A DNA stretch of 64,000 nt. Source: Eledone cirrhosa (lineage: Eukaryota). Below the pieces are notes generated by a model, which saw only the letters and a list, made by a program, of their open reading frames with translations, did no database searches and was not told the origin of the DNA. Of the stretch, positions 26,501-36,985 are shown piece after piece. A program made the translations under genes and the position numbers. The stretch covers positions 225,494,001 through 225,558,000 of the forward strand of contig OZ024740.1 in the NCBI GenBank assembly GCA_964016885.1, written 5' to 3'. The stretch's first letter is position 1. Every line of letters begins with the position of its first letter.

Positions 26501-26733
26501 GACCACTGGGTAAAGAAGTGCCAAGAAATTCCAGTGGAAGGAAGATGCAGTAGAAGTAGACCACGTATAACATGGGCGGAGGTGGTGAGAGCAGACCTCA
26601 GATCGCTGAAAATGACTGAGGAGATGATGAAGGGCCGTGACAAGTGGAGAGATGCTGTGCTGAATAGGACCCATCCAACCCTTTCAAGCAGGGAAAAGCG
26701 GACGTAAAAACGATGACGATGAGGATGATGATG
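23550..26733 (+). mobile_element. RTE-clade LINE, near full length, degraded (endonuclease, RT with PHD insert, (GAT)n tail)
   Basis: TLNVGTL…CVQEVRW, YAPQ, GDFNG (endonuclease); KGKGDAL…NYRGI, FVDLEKA, GVHQGS, YADDL, FRYL, RLRWYGHVMR; many stops and frameshifts; ORF stop lies within the terminal tail. Confidence 0.92.
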
Positions 26734-26979
26734 ATATATACATATCATCATCATCATCATCATCACCACCGTTTAATGTCCATTTTCCACAATAGCATGG
26801 GTTAGATGGGTTGTACTATTTGAGGCAAGTGGAGGTCAGATTACCATGTCTACAAATAAAACTGATTTTGGCTTGGGTTCTATGGCAGGTTGCCCTTCTT
26901 AATGCCAATATATAAATATGAATACTGGGTGCTTTTTGTCAGGACACCTACACAACTAGTTTAGAGTGTAGGCTGGGTG

Positions 26980-27022
<43 letters not shown>

Positions 27023-27047
27023 TATATAAATATATTTTTGTCACATC

Positions 27048-27139
27048 ACCAGTCTGATGAACAGATCGATACTGGAGTTGGGTCCAAAACTCCTATGGTT
27101 TACCTTGATCCTATCTTCTGTGAAACATGCGTAACAGGT
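27048..27139 (+). ncRNA. Type I hammerhead ribozyme motif
   Basis: ACCAGT-CTGATGA-ACAGA…TCTGT-GAAAC-ATGC-GTA-ACAGGT; canonical core, perfect 5-bp stem II base, minimal stem III. Confidence 0.75.
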
Positions 27140-27278
27140 CGATATACAAGAAATATTTTTTATATATAAAACTTGGTCGTTTTTTTCTATTAATATACTC
27201 TGTCTGTGCAAATAGTGCTTGATTTGGTACCAACACCAGTAATTCACTATGTATGTCTGACTGTACATATATAATGTG

Positions 27279-29045
27279 TCATCATCATCATCATCATCAA
27301 TGTTTAACGTCCGTGTTCCACGCTTGCATGGGTTTGGACGGGGGTTTTCCCACTTGAGGCAAGGGTGATTGTCTTGCTTGCATAGGACTGTCTGGCAGGT
27401 TTTCTACAGTTGGATACCCTTCCTAACACCAACCACATTTACAGTGTGGGTCTGGGAGGTTTTTACCGTGTTGCCTACACGGCCACATTACAGCGTGGAC
27501 TGTGTGTTTTTTTGTCGTGACACCTACACGATCTCATTTGTTTCGGCCTGGATGGTGTGGCACCAACATAACTTTACATAGAAGGGGTGGGGGGATGGGG
27601 TGGGGGTGGGGGTATTTTGTTAGAGATGCCTACTGACTGTAGTAGGTTTTTACTTTGTATTTAGGTAACGCGGGTCTTCTCTATTACTGAGTACCGCCAA
27701 AGGTCTCGATCCAGTGACATTGTCTTGGAGAGGTGTAAGTGTGTGAGGTCGGAGTTTATCAGCTCATCCCAGGTTTTTCTAGGTCTGCCTATTCCGTGGC
27801 TACCGTCTATCTTTATTGCCCTGCACTTTGTTATACAGCTATCGACTTTCATGCGCATCACGTGTCCATACCAACGTAGCCTTCTCTCGAGTAAACAACA
27901 TCTGATCCCTCTTGTTTCTAATTTTTTCCTTAGTTCGTTTATGCTTTGCCGTTCACGTATATTACTATTACACATCCAGCAGAGCATGCAAGCTTTGTTC
28001 CTCTCTAGTCTACGTATATCCTCTGCACACAATGCCCAGGTGTCACTGCCATGCAACATTGCTGTTCGTATGCAGGCATCATACAACCTGCCTTTCATTT
28101 TTAGGGAGAACCCTTTAGCGGCTAATAGTGGTATAAGCTCTCTGAACTTTTTCCATCCAGTTCTGACTCTAGCTACTGTACTTTCAGAGCACCCTCCCCC
28201 ACTGCTGATTTTGTCACCCAGGTAATGGAAGCTGTCCACTATTTCTATAGAGCCCTCTGCGCAGTTGAAAGAGCTAGTATGTTGTGGGCACTTGCTGCTA
28301 CTTATTGCACCAGAGCACCGGCCACATGTAAAATCTATGTTCTTAGTTAGCTTACCTGTGATCCCACTACATCTTTTATGCACCCATACTTTGCATTTGG
28401 GACATAAAATGGAGTTTCTACCTACGCCTTTCCTACACACTGAGCATGGCCATTTCCCGGAAGGGACCGCCGCCTTATTTTCTTTCCTACAAACTAGAAC
28501 TTTAGTCTTAGCCAGGTTAATTTTAAGGTCTTTTGATTCTAGGCCGTGCTTCCATGTTTGGAATTTCTTCTCTAGCTCGGCCATTGATTCAGCTATGAGT
28601 GTTAGGTCGTCTGCGTATAGGAGTTCCCATGGGCAGCCGGTCTTGAACTCCTCTGTTATAGCCTGAAGGGCAATAATAAATAGTAGGGGGCTGAGAACAG
28701 AGCCCTGATGGACGCCAACTTTTACGCTAAACTCTTCACTATATTCGTTGTTAATTCTAACCTTGCTGACTGTTTCTTTATACATGGCTTGTATAGCTCT
28801 CACAAGCCATTCGTCAACACCTAGTTTTCTAACGGCCCACCAGATAATAGAACGAAGGACTCTGTCAAATGCTTTCTCCAAGTCGACAAAAGCTAAGTAG
28901 AGGGGTTTACCTTTAGCTAGGTACTTCTCCTGTAGTTGTCGTACAATGAAAAGAGCGTCTGAGGTACTTTTGCTTGACACAAACCCGAACTGCATTTCAT
29001 CTAGGTCAATTCCCTCTCTGATTAGTTGCGCTATTACTTTTTCCG
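27279..29045 (-). mobile_element. 5'-truncated RTE LINE (RT with PHD, long 3' UTR, (GAT)n tail)
   Basis: open 27661..29045: FVDLEKAFD, GVHQGSVLSP, YADDL, CSVC…CPKC…HKRC…CGRC, FHYLG, RLRWYGH. Confidence 0.93.
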
Positions 29046-29143
29046 TATATGTATATATATAGATATATTTATATATATAATGGTAGAACACTGGAAGGGA
29101 ATATCTGTAGTGATAGAGCACTCAGTCCAAGGGACGAGTTAGG

Positions 29144-29282
29144 TAGAAGTGGTTACACAACAGTTAGTTCACCATACCGAGAACAATTGTTTCACCTTAG
29201 CGGATGATTACGAGCTGAGGATTTGCTAAGGTGAAACAATTGTTCTCAGTATGATGAACTAACTGTTGTGTAACCACTTCTA
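29144..29282. repeat. ~58-bp-arm inverted repeat containing a degenerate hammerhead (29212-29247)
   Basis: TAGAAGTGGTTACACAACAG…CACCTTAGC / GCTAAGGTG…CTGTTGTGTAACCACTTCTA; GAG-CTGAGGA…GAAAC-AATT-GTT-CTC. Confidence 0.85.
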
Positions 29283-29349
29283 TATATATATATATATAAA
29301 TTAATAAAATAATGAATAAACAAAGAAACAGTTCCTTATATTAAAAAAT

Positions 29350-29487
29350 TCATCATTTTACGATCGTTTCTAGGATATATATGTTAGTGTTGGTATGCAT
29401 ATCTTATAGATCTATGTAAAATTTTTACAAACTATCAGAGGGAATATACATACCTACACATATATATGCTGTCTTCAGAAATAATGA
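29350..29487 (-). ncRNA. Type I hammerhead motif with long stem II
   Basis: TCATTATTT-CTGAAGA-…-GAAAC-GATC-GTA-AAATGATGA; 9-bp stem I, palindromic loop 3. Confidence 0.7.
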
Positions 29488-29833
29488 TATTTGTTTATTG
29501 AAAAAAACCAACAAAGATTTAATACAATAGGTCTGTTTGGGAACAGGTTTTGAATTGACCAATAGAAAAATAGTAGTAAAAGAACCTTAATTTAAGGGTA
29601 GAGGAAGGTAGATTTCAGTTTTGGATGGAAAGAATATTATGAATGAACTTTCCATCAAAACTGAAATCTACCTTCCTCTACCCATAAATTAAGGTTCTTT
29701 TACTACTATTTTACTACCTTGACCTTCACTATCTTTCTATTGGTCAATTCAAAACCTGTTCCCAAACAGACCTATTGTATTAAATCTTTGTTGGTTTTTT
29801 CAATAAACAAATATCATTATTTCTGAAGACAGC

Positions 29834-30014
29834 GGTGGATTGGCAGTATCGGTAGAGGGTCGGACGCCATGCTTTCCAGCATAGTTACGTCCCTTTACGA
29901 TCTGAGTTCAAATCCCGCCGAGGTTGACTTTGCCTTTCATCCTTACGGGGTCGATAAAATAAAGTACCAGTAATGCACTGGATAATTGCTGGCCTTGTGC
30001 CTAAAGTAGAAACA
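29834..30014 (+). mobile_element. SINE family A with 18-bp TSD
   Basis: TSD ATTATTTCTGAAGACAGC at 29816-29833 and 30015-30032. Confidence 0.92.
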
Positions 30015-30150
30015 ATTATTTCTGAAGACAGCATATATATGTGTAGGTATGTATATTCCCTCTGATAGTTTGTAAACATTTTACATAGATCTATAGGATA
30101 TGCATACCAACACTAACATATATATCATAGAAACGATCGTAAAATGATGA
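30015..30150 (+). ncRNA. Hammerhead motif (right-arm copy, core regenerated by the SINE TSD)
   Basis: ATTATTT-CTGAAGA…GAAAC-GATC-GTA-AAATGAT. Confidence 0.6.
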
Positions 30151-30388
30151 ATTTTTTAATATAAGGAAGTGTTTCTTTGTTTATTCATTATTTTATTAAT
30201 TTATCTTGACTCTGTTTTCCGTTATTTTTCATCGAAAACATTTTTTGAATACATCTTCTCTTTTCATGATATTCGGATTACATTGAGTTCTTCATACTAT
30301 CGTACATTTTGGTAGATTTATCTACATATATATATATAAAGAATGAATAATAACAGATAGACATCATAAAAAGGTAATTTATTCCGTG

Positions 30389-30500
30389 TGCTTACAAGTG
30401 TTTCCACGGTGGTACTGCAGCCTAGTTATGCTACGTGCAAATTCACAAGTACTTGCAGAACTCAAGTATCCAATGCTGTGACCACTGTTTCCTCAGAGCA
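30389..30500 (-). ncRNA. Hammerhead motif in the PLE pseudo-LTR (second copy 33569..33680)
   Basis: TGCT-CTGAGGA-AACAGTGGT…ACCACCGTG-GAAAC-ACTT-GTA-AGCA, followed by AATAAA. Confidence 0.65.
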
Positions 30501-30989
30501 GAATGGTAAAATGTACAATGTAAAAACCCTTAAGTGGGGTTGTTGGGGAAGATAGAGTAGAAAAGGAAGAGAGAAAAGTAGGGAAGAGGGAGAGAGAAAG
30601 AAAGATATGCAGGGGTTGGAGAAGTAGGAGAGAGTGGCTTGCAGATATCTTAATCAAAATGTTATGGTAGGGGTTTTATTATACTGGTTACTTTTGGAGA
30701 GATGCGTTGATAGTTAAGATCGGAATTATTTATTGCCCCAGAGGGCAGGTTCATAGATGTTGAGAGGGAGGTAGGCCAAAGGCGAGAGAGAGTGTAATGG
30801 ATGTAGAGAGAGATAGGTAGAGAGGGGACAGACAAAGTTTGTGTGGTGAGTGAACTTTGGGTTTGTAGTAGTAATCTAGGAATTGCACTGAGTTACCATG
30901 TATAGTGATAAGCAGTGTATTGTCTTGTAGTGTGGGGGGAAGAGAAGGTTGTTAGCTAGAAAGCGGTGTTATAGTTACGGGTTCGAATG

Positions 30990-33323
30990 TTAAGTTATTT
31001 TATAGTGAGAGAATTTAGCTTTTAGTTTGTGGTTGCAGTATAATGATCGTTCAATTCTATCGTTAAGTAGTTTGTTTTTGGATTTTAATATGTAAAAGAG
31101 CTCAAGGTTACATAACCTGCAGTACTTCAATCCACTCCGATATGCACTTGCGCTGGAAAGTATATCCCATTTTAAGGTGAACTGTTGGTTGTGTTCACGG
31201 AGTTGCCAGGTCTTGTTGGCGAGCGTGGTCACAAAACGGTGATTCGGATGTTTGATTGAGAATCGATGACGGTACCAGCGAGATTTAAACGATGTGGTGG
31301 TAGATCCGATATAATACCATTTCTGGTCGTTCGATTCAACCGTGCATTGGTAAACAATGTTGGACTTTAGGCATTCATTCTTCAATGGACATCTTTCAGG
31401 TAGATGGCAGTTACATTCTTTGTTGTGGGTAGCGGGTACACCATGGATAGGTTGTGATAGCGGTACAGGTGGGTTGTGTAATACCCGTCTCCCATTTAGT
31501 GGTTGGGAGGCAGATATTGCGTTCTGCCCATCTGTTACTAAAATGTTTTCTTTTGTAGAGTTGTTTAATTGCCTTAAGTTAAGTTTTTTTATGTATGCTT
31601 CAAGGTTTGGTGCCGTGGAGTATGATAGTCTAATAGTTTTAGAGTTCAGAATTTTGCTGTATTTATGGGAACTAGGGAAGTGTTTGTTGATTAACTTAAA
31701 GAATGAAAGAGATAGTTTTGTACTAATCGAGGCATTAAAAATAGGATTGTACCAGATATACTTTCTACAACGTGATTTATTTGGTGGTGATCTTCTATTA
31801 TTAGTATGTCTGGTAGTACTGTGTGTGTGTGCTTGTATTTTAGTCCCCCGGTTACGCATTCCTTGATTTCGTGTAGAGCTATGTGTGTTATGGAAATTCC
31901 TATCAATGTATTCTATTGTATCCCGGTGGTCAGCATTCTTTAATGCATTATTGTAGTATTCAGCGTGTTCACTAAAAATATCAGAGTTAGACGATAGGTG
32001 AGAGATTCTAAGAGAAATACTCCGGGGAACTGATTTGATCATGGAGAGTGGGTGGTTAGAGTTAAAGTTAATATACGTAAAGTTCTCATTTACCTTGTGG
32101 AAGGGTCGTATCTGTCCGGTATTTAAATTAAGAGTTACGTCCAGAAAGTTTACTACTTTAAGATTGTATTCATATGTTATTTTTAGACCCAGTTCACTAA
32201 AAGATTTTCTAATATTTTTCCGTAGCCTTTCAAGATTTTGGTTATTCAAGTTATTAACTAATAAGAGACCGTCGTCTCTGTATATCCCCCCCCCCCCCTG
32301 TAGATTACTAAATTTACTATGTAATATGTGGGCTATGTAAATTCCCACGAGATCCGTGACCTCCGCCGAGTCGTTGGAACCCATGGTAATATCGAAATTT
32401 GTGGGTCTGTCCTTACGTTCCCAGTAGCAGTTATCGAACTTAATAATGGTTTTTCTAGCCTCGAGAATAATATTAATTTCGTCCTCCGTTAGGTCGGAAT
32501 TGGCCTTAGCAAACGATAGGGCCTTACGTAAAGTGCTTGGTGAGATGGAAGAGTAGTATTCGTCTATGTCAAATTGTATAAACTTAGATTTATTCTTATT
32601 CTTAACATTATTAAACCAGCGAATTGCTTCGCTAGTGTTGCCCCATAATTTAATTTCAATTTTCTTTTTCACTTGAGTTATTACTCTGTCAAGTATATAT
32701 TTGCTAATTTTCCCTATGTCTGATTTAGAAGGGCATATAAGTCTGATCTTAGGGTTAGAGTCAAAGTTTACCTCATGGTCCTTCAGGTTGAAGGTGGGGG
32801 TAGCGGGTATAATCGGCTCGGTTCTATCGTCTATTTTGAGATTCTTCACCACTTTATATGCCTCGTTGTTAATATTTGCTAGCGTAGTTTCATTTGTTGT
32901 TCTATATTTTTTGTGTAGTTCGTTGCGTATGAAGTTATTGTACGTATCGATATCCATGGTATACACGTTAGAAGTATTGTCAGCTTTCACAACAATTCCA
33001 TTGGTATTTTGCAATCTTCGGAGTAGTGCTTTCATGTTGTTCTGCAGCTCATTATTTCTATGTTTGTTGAACTTAATATTCATGGTCGTTTTCATTAAAT
33101 TTTGTTCGAAAGCATCGAGATGAGGGTTTGTAGGTGGGTTTTTACATGATTTAAAACCATATGATTCAGACGAGTGATTGGCGCGTCCTTTATCGAAATG
33201 GAAAGCTTTCCATCGTACACGCCGAATGAAGTCGTTATTGCGTTGAATCATACTAAGAATATATTCCCTTTTGTTAGGTATAGGTATGTTTTTAAGTGAC
33301 ATACCTATATGATGACTTTCCAT
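30990..33323 (-). CDS. Penelope-like RT plus C-terminal GIY-YIG endonuclease, 777 aa, open
   Basis: SLKNIPIP N-terminus, QFDIDEYYSSI, MGSNDSAEVTDLVG, IYRDDGL, VNFLDVTLNL, CNCHLPERC (CxCx5C), IVYQC…YYIGSTTTSFKSRW..H, CRLCNLE. Confidence 0.93.
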   Translation of the reverse strand: MESHHIGMSLKNIPIPNKREYILSMIQRNNDFIRRVRWKAFHFDKGRANHSSESYGFKSCKNPPTNPHLDAFEQNLMKTTMNIKFNKHRNNELQNNMKALLRRLQNTNGIVVKADNTSNVYTMDIDTYNNFIRNELHKKYRTTNETTLANINNEAYKVVKNLKIDDRTEPIIPATPTFNLKDHEVNFDSNPKIRLICPSKSDIGKISKYILDRVITQVKKKIEIKLWGNTSEAIRWFNNVKNKNKSKFIQFDIDEYYSSISPSTLRKALSFAKANSDLTEDEINIILEARKTIIKFDNCYWERKDRPTNFDITMGSNDSAEVTDLVGIYIAHILHSKFSNLQGGGGIYRDDGLLLVNNLNNQNLERLRKNIRKSFSELGLKITYEYNLKVVNFLDVTLNLNTGQIRPFHKVNENFTYINFNSNHPLSMIKSVPRSISLRISHLSSNSDIFSEHAEYYNNALKNADHRDTIEYIDRNFHNTHSSTRNQGMRNRGTKIQAHTHSTTRHTNNRRSPPNKSRCRKYIWYNPIFNASISTKLSLSFFKLINKHFPSSHKYSKILNSKTIRLSYSTAPNLEAYIKKLNLRQLNNSTKENILVTDGQNAISASQPLNGRRVLHNPPVPLSQPIHGVPATHNKECNCHLPERCPLKNECLKSNIVYQCTVESNDQKWYYIGSTTTSFKSRWYRHRFSIKHPNHRFVTTLANKTWQLREHNQQFTLKWDILSSASAYRSGLKYCRLCNLELFYILKSKNKLLNDRIERSLYCNHKLKAKFSHYKIT

Positions 33324-34169
33324 ATTAATGCCGTGTGTCGGTGTGGTTGCTCAACTGTGTAGGAGGCGATTATTAGGTATAGGATTATCCAAGATGTAGT
33401 AATGGTTAATTACTACACTGGATATGGTTGACGTACGGTAAGAGGTTACTCTACAAGTTATGGAAGAATTGTTGAAGAAACTTAGTTCCTGATCCTTCAG
33501 TATTCCGGAGTGTATATAAAGAATGAATAATAACAGGTAGACATCATAAAAAGGTAATTTATTCCGTGTGCTTACAAGTGTTTCCACGGTGGTACTGCAG
33601 CCTAGTTATGCTACGTGCAAATTCACAAGTACTTGCAGAACTCAAATATCCAATGCTGTGACCACTGTTTCCTCAGAGCAGAATGGTAAAATGTACAATG
33701 TAAATACCCTTAAGTGGGGTTGTTGGGGAAGATAGAGTAGAAAAGGAAGAGAGAAAAGTAGGGAAGAGGGAGAGAGAAAGAAAGATATGCAGGGGTTGGA
33801 GAAGTAGGAGAGAGTGGCTTGCAGATATCTTAATCAAAATGTTATGGTAGGGGTTTTATTATACTGGTTACTTTTGGAGAGATGCGTTGATAGTTAAGGT
33901 CGGAATTATTTATTGCCCCAGAGGGCAGGTTCATAGATGTTGAGAGGGAGGTAGGCCAAAGGCGAGAGAGAGTGTAATGGATGTAGAGAGAGATAGGTAG
34001 AGAGGGGACAGACAAAGTTTGTGTGGTGAGTGAACTTTGGGTTTGTAGTAGTAATCTAGGAATTGCACTGAGTTACCATGTATAGTGATAAGCAGTGTAT
34101 TGTCTTGTAGTGTGGGGGGAAGAGAAGGTTGTTAGCTAGAAAGCGGTGTTATAGTTACGGGTTCGAATG

Positions 34170-35188
34170 TTAAGTTATTTTATAGTGAGAGAATTTAGCT
34201 TTTAGTTTGTGGTTGCAGTATAATGATCGTTCAATTCTATCGTTAAGTAGTTTGTTTTTGGATTTTAATATGTAAAAGAGCTCAAGGTTACATAACCTGC
34301 AGTACTTCAATCCACTCCGATATGCACTTGCGCTGGAAAGTATATCCCATTTTAAGGTGAATTGTTGGTTGTGTTCACGGAGTTGCCAGGTCTTGTTGGC
34401 GAGCGTGGTCACAAAACGGTGATTCGGATGTTTGATTGAGAATCGATGACGGTACCAGCGAGATTTAAACGATGTGGTGGTAGATCCGATATAATACCAT
34501 TTCTGGTCGTTCGATTCAACCGTGCATTGGTAAACAATGTTGGACTTTAGGCATTCATTCTTCAATGGACATCTTTCAGGTAGATGGCAGTTACATTCTT
34601 TGTTGTGGGTAGCGGGTACACCATGGATAGGTTGTGATAGCGGTACAGGTGGGTTGTGTAATACCCGTCTCCCATTTAGTGGTTGGGAGGCAGATATTGC
34701 GTTCTGCCCATCTGTTACTAAATGTTTTCTTTTGTAGAGTTGTTTAATTGCCTTAAGTTAAGTTTTTGTATGTATGCTTCAAGGTTTGGTGCCGTGGAGT
34801 ATGATAGTCTAATAGTTTTAGAGTTCAGAATTTTGCTGTATTTATGGGAACTAGGGAAGTGTTTGTTGATTAACTTAAAGAATGAAAGAGATAGTTTTGT
34901 ACTAATCGAGGCATTAAAAATAGGATTGTACCAGATATACTTTCTACAACGTGATTTATTTGGTGGTGATCTTCTATTATTAGTATGTCTGGTAGTACTG
35001 TGTGTGTGTGCTTGTATTTTAGTCCCCCGGTTACGCATTCCTTGATTTCGTGTAGAGCTATGTGTGTTATGGAAATTCCTATCAATGTATTCTATTGTAT
35101 CCTGGTGGTCAGCATTCCTTAATGCATTATTGTAGTATTCAGCGTGTTCACTTAAAATATCAGAGTTAGACGATAGGCGAGAGATTCT
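34170..35188 (-). pseudogene. 3' part of the PLE ORF in the upstream partial copy (1-nt frameshift near 34720)
   Basis: ORFs 34718..35188 and 34170..34565 are nearly identical to the C-terminus of the 777-aa ORF. Confidence 0.9.
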
Positions 35189-35206
35189 ATATATAGAAGT
35201 AGTTAC

Positions 35207-35265
<59 letters not shown>

Positions 35266-35335
35266 AAACATATATGTATATATATATATATATATAGATA
35301 GATAGATAGATATTCATATGTATATACATATAAGC

Positions 35336-35369
<34 letters not shown>

Positions 35370-35898
35370 TCATATGTGTGTGTGCAAGTGTCTATATGTG
35401 TGAGTGATAATAAATTAAAAGCAATAGAAGTTAATAAACAATAGAGGTGAAAAGAGCTTCAACATACTTCAGGTGCATTATTCTAAGAGTAATATTAAAC
35501 AACAATATTACATTGAAATATGAACTAAAATTACCAAGTAAGATTCTAACTAACTTCATTATATGTCTTCTGTCTGAAATATTACTGTGCAATAAATTTA
35601 AATATTTAAAAGCAAACATTCTTGTGCTGTCAAATAAATATCACTAAATATAACTTGTCTAGGAGAGTAGACATTCCAAATAAAAACTGATACAGCGTGG
35701 AGAGGATTCTCTAGTGCTGGTGACACAAATAATGCATGCAGTCCACGCTATCAAGTGGTTGGTGATAGGAATGGCATCCCACCAGAAAAACCCTGCCAAA
35801 AATATGAAAAGCACAGCAACTATGTCCAACCCCTGCTAGTATGGAGAAACCGACGCAAAAGCGATGATGATGATGATAACTTAGCTATATATCTCTAT

Positions 35899-36170
35899 CT
35901 AAGGCGGGTAAAATTCCCGAGATCCATGGACGAGTTCTCTCCAGCGGTCTCTGTCCCTCATTATCGCTGCCATGTCCTGCGTCTCCAACAGACCAGTGTC
36001 TGTTCTTAGGGCATCAACATATGTTAACCTTGGTCTTCGTCTTCTAGTGTGTCCATGTAGGGGCTCCCAAAGGAGCACTGAGTGCAATGTCAACTCTGGA
36101 TGTCAGTGAGCATGTCCAGCTAACCTGAGTCTCCTCTGTCACTTTTGACAGTTTTCTTTGAAGTGACTCT
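35899..36170 (-). mobile_element. RTE-like LINE 3' fragment (different family)
   Basis: LRLAGH…VLLWEPLHGHTRRRRPRLTYVDAL…DRDRWR. Confidence 0.75.
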
Positions 36171-36501
36171 CTACCAAATTTTGATATATATATATATATA
36201 TCAAATAAACATAAAATAAAATAAAGACATTTGAAAAAGTGGGGGGGACCCCCCTGAAACAAGGCCCTGGATGTATATATATGATGTTGATGGACATAAG
36301 AAAGAGTACTCAACACCGAAGTAAATTTTAAATATGTTTTATTAAGGCAAGTGATGTGTCTTGTCTGAAGATACTGTGAGTACACAGGTGAAACTCCAGA
36401 ATAACAAGAATAATCACTTCAACATAATAAAGTATATATATGTGTATATGATAGGAATTTAGATTGATTCAATGGTCTCTCTCTCCATATATACATACAT
36501 A

Positions 36502-36561
<60 letters not shown>

Positions 36562-36668
36562 TATATACAAATAAACTACAGTTACTAACTCATACTGAAA
36601 CCCTGTAATTAACAAGCTCAAAGTATAAATACTGAGCATTATATAATAATATATGTAGAAATAAACAC

Positions 36669-36794
36669 GGCCCTTGCCATTCTGAGTTCAAATCCCATCG
36701 AGGTTAACTTTGCCTTTCATCCTTACGAGGTCGATAAAATAAAGTACCAGTAATGTACTGGGTAATTGCTGGCCTTGTGCCAATAGTAGAAACA
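36669..36794 (+). mobile_element. 5'-truncated SINE family A with 31-bp TSD
   Basis: ATTATATAATAATATATGTAGAAATAAACAC at 36638-36668 and 36795-36825. Confidence 0.88.
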
Positions 36795-36898
36795 ATTATA
36801 TAATAATATATGTAGAAATAAACACAACATCCAGTGCACGAGGTAAGATATTCATTCGTGTGGCTTTTAGTTGTATGTGCTTGTTCCATTTAATCTTC

Positions 36899-36985
36899 TC
36901 TCTCGCTGAGGATAGCCTACGGATTATCTGTTACAAACACAATTTTCAGACCGAAACAGATTAAATCTCTAATCTGTCCGAGAGA
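36899..36985 (+). ncRNA. Hammerhead-like motif with long stems I and III and an atypical stem II
   Basis: TCTCTCG-CTGAGGA-…-GAAAC-AGATTA-AATCTC-TAATCT-GTC-CGAGAGA. Confidence 0.6.

Larger units (their letters stand above)
29296..30204. repeat. Long fold-back of a Penelope pLTR-like sequence (~340-bp arms; right arm carries a SINE)
   Basis: 29296-29632 is the reverse complement of 29648-30204 once the SINE is removed; related copy at 48990-49280. Confidence 0.9.
30333..35188 (-). mobile_element. Penelope-like element (Naiad-type) with partial tandem duplication forming pseudo-LTRs, flanked by (TA)n
   Basis: 33513-35188 is a near-identical repeat of 30333-32009 (offset about 3180); typical PLE partial-tandem structure. 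Confidence 0.92.
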
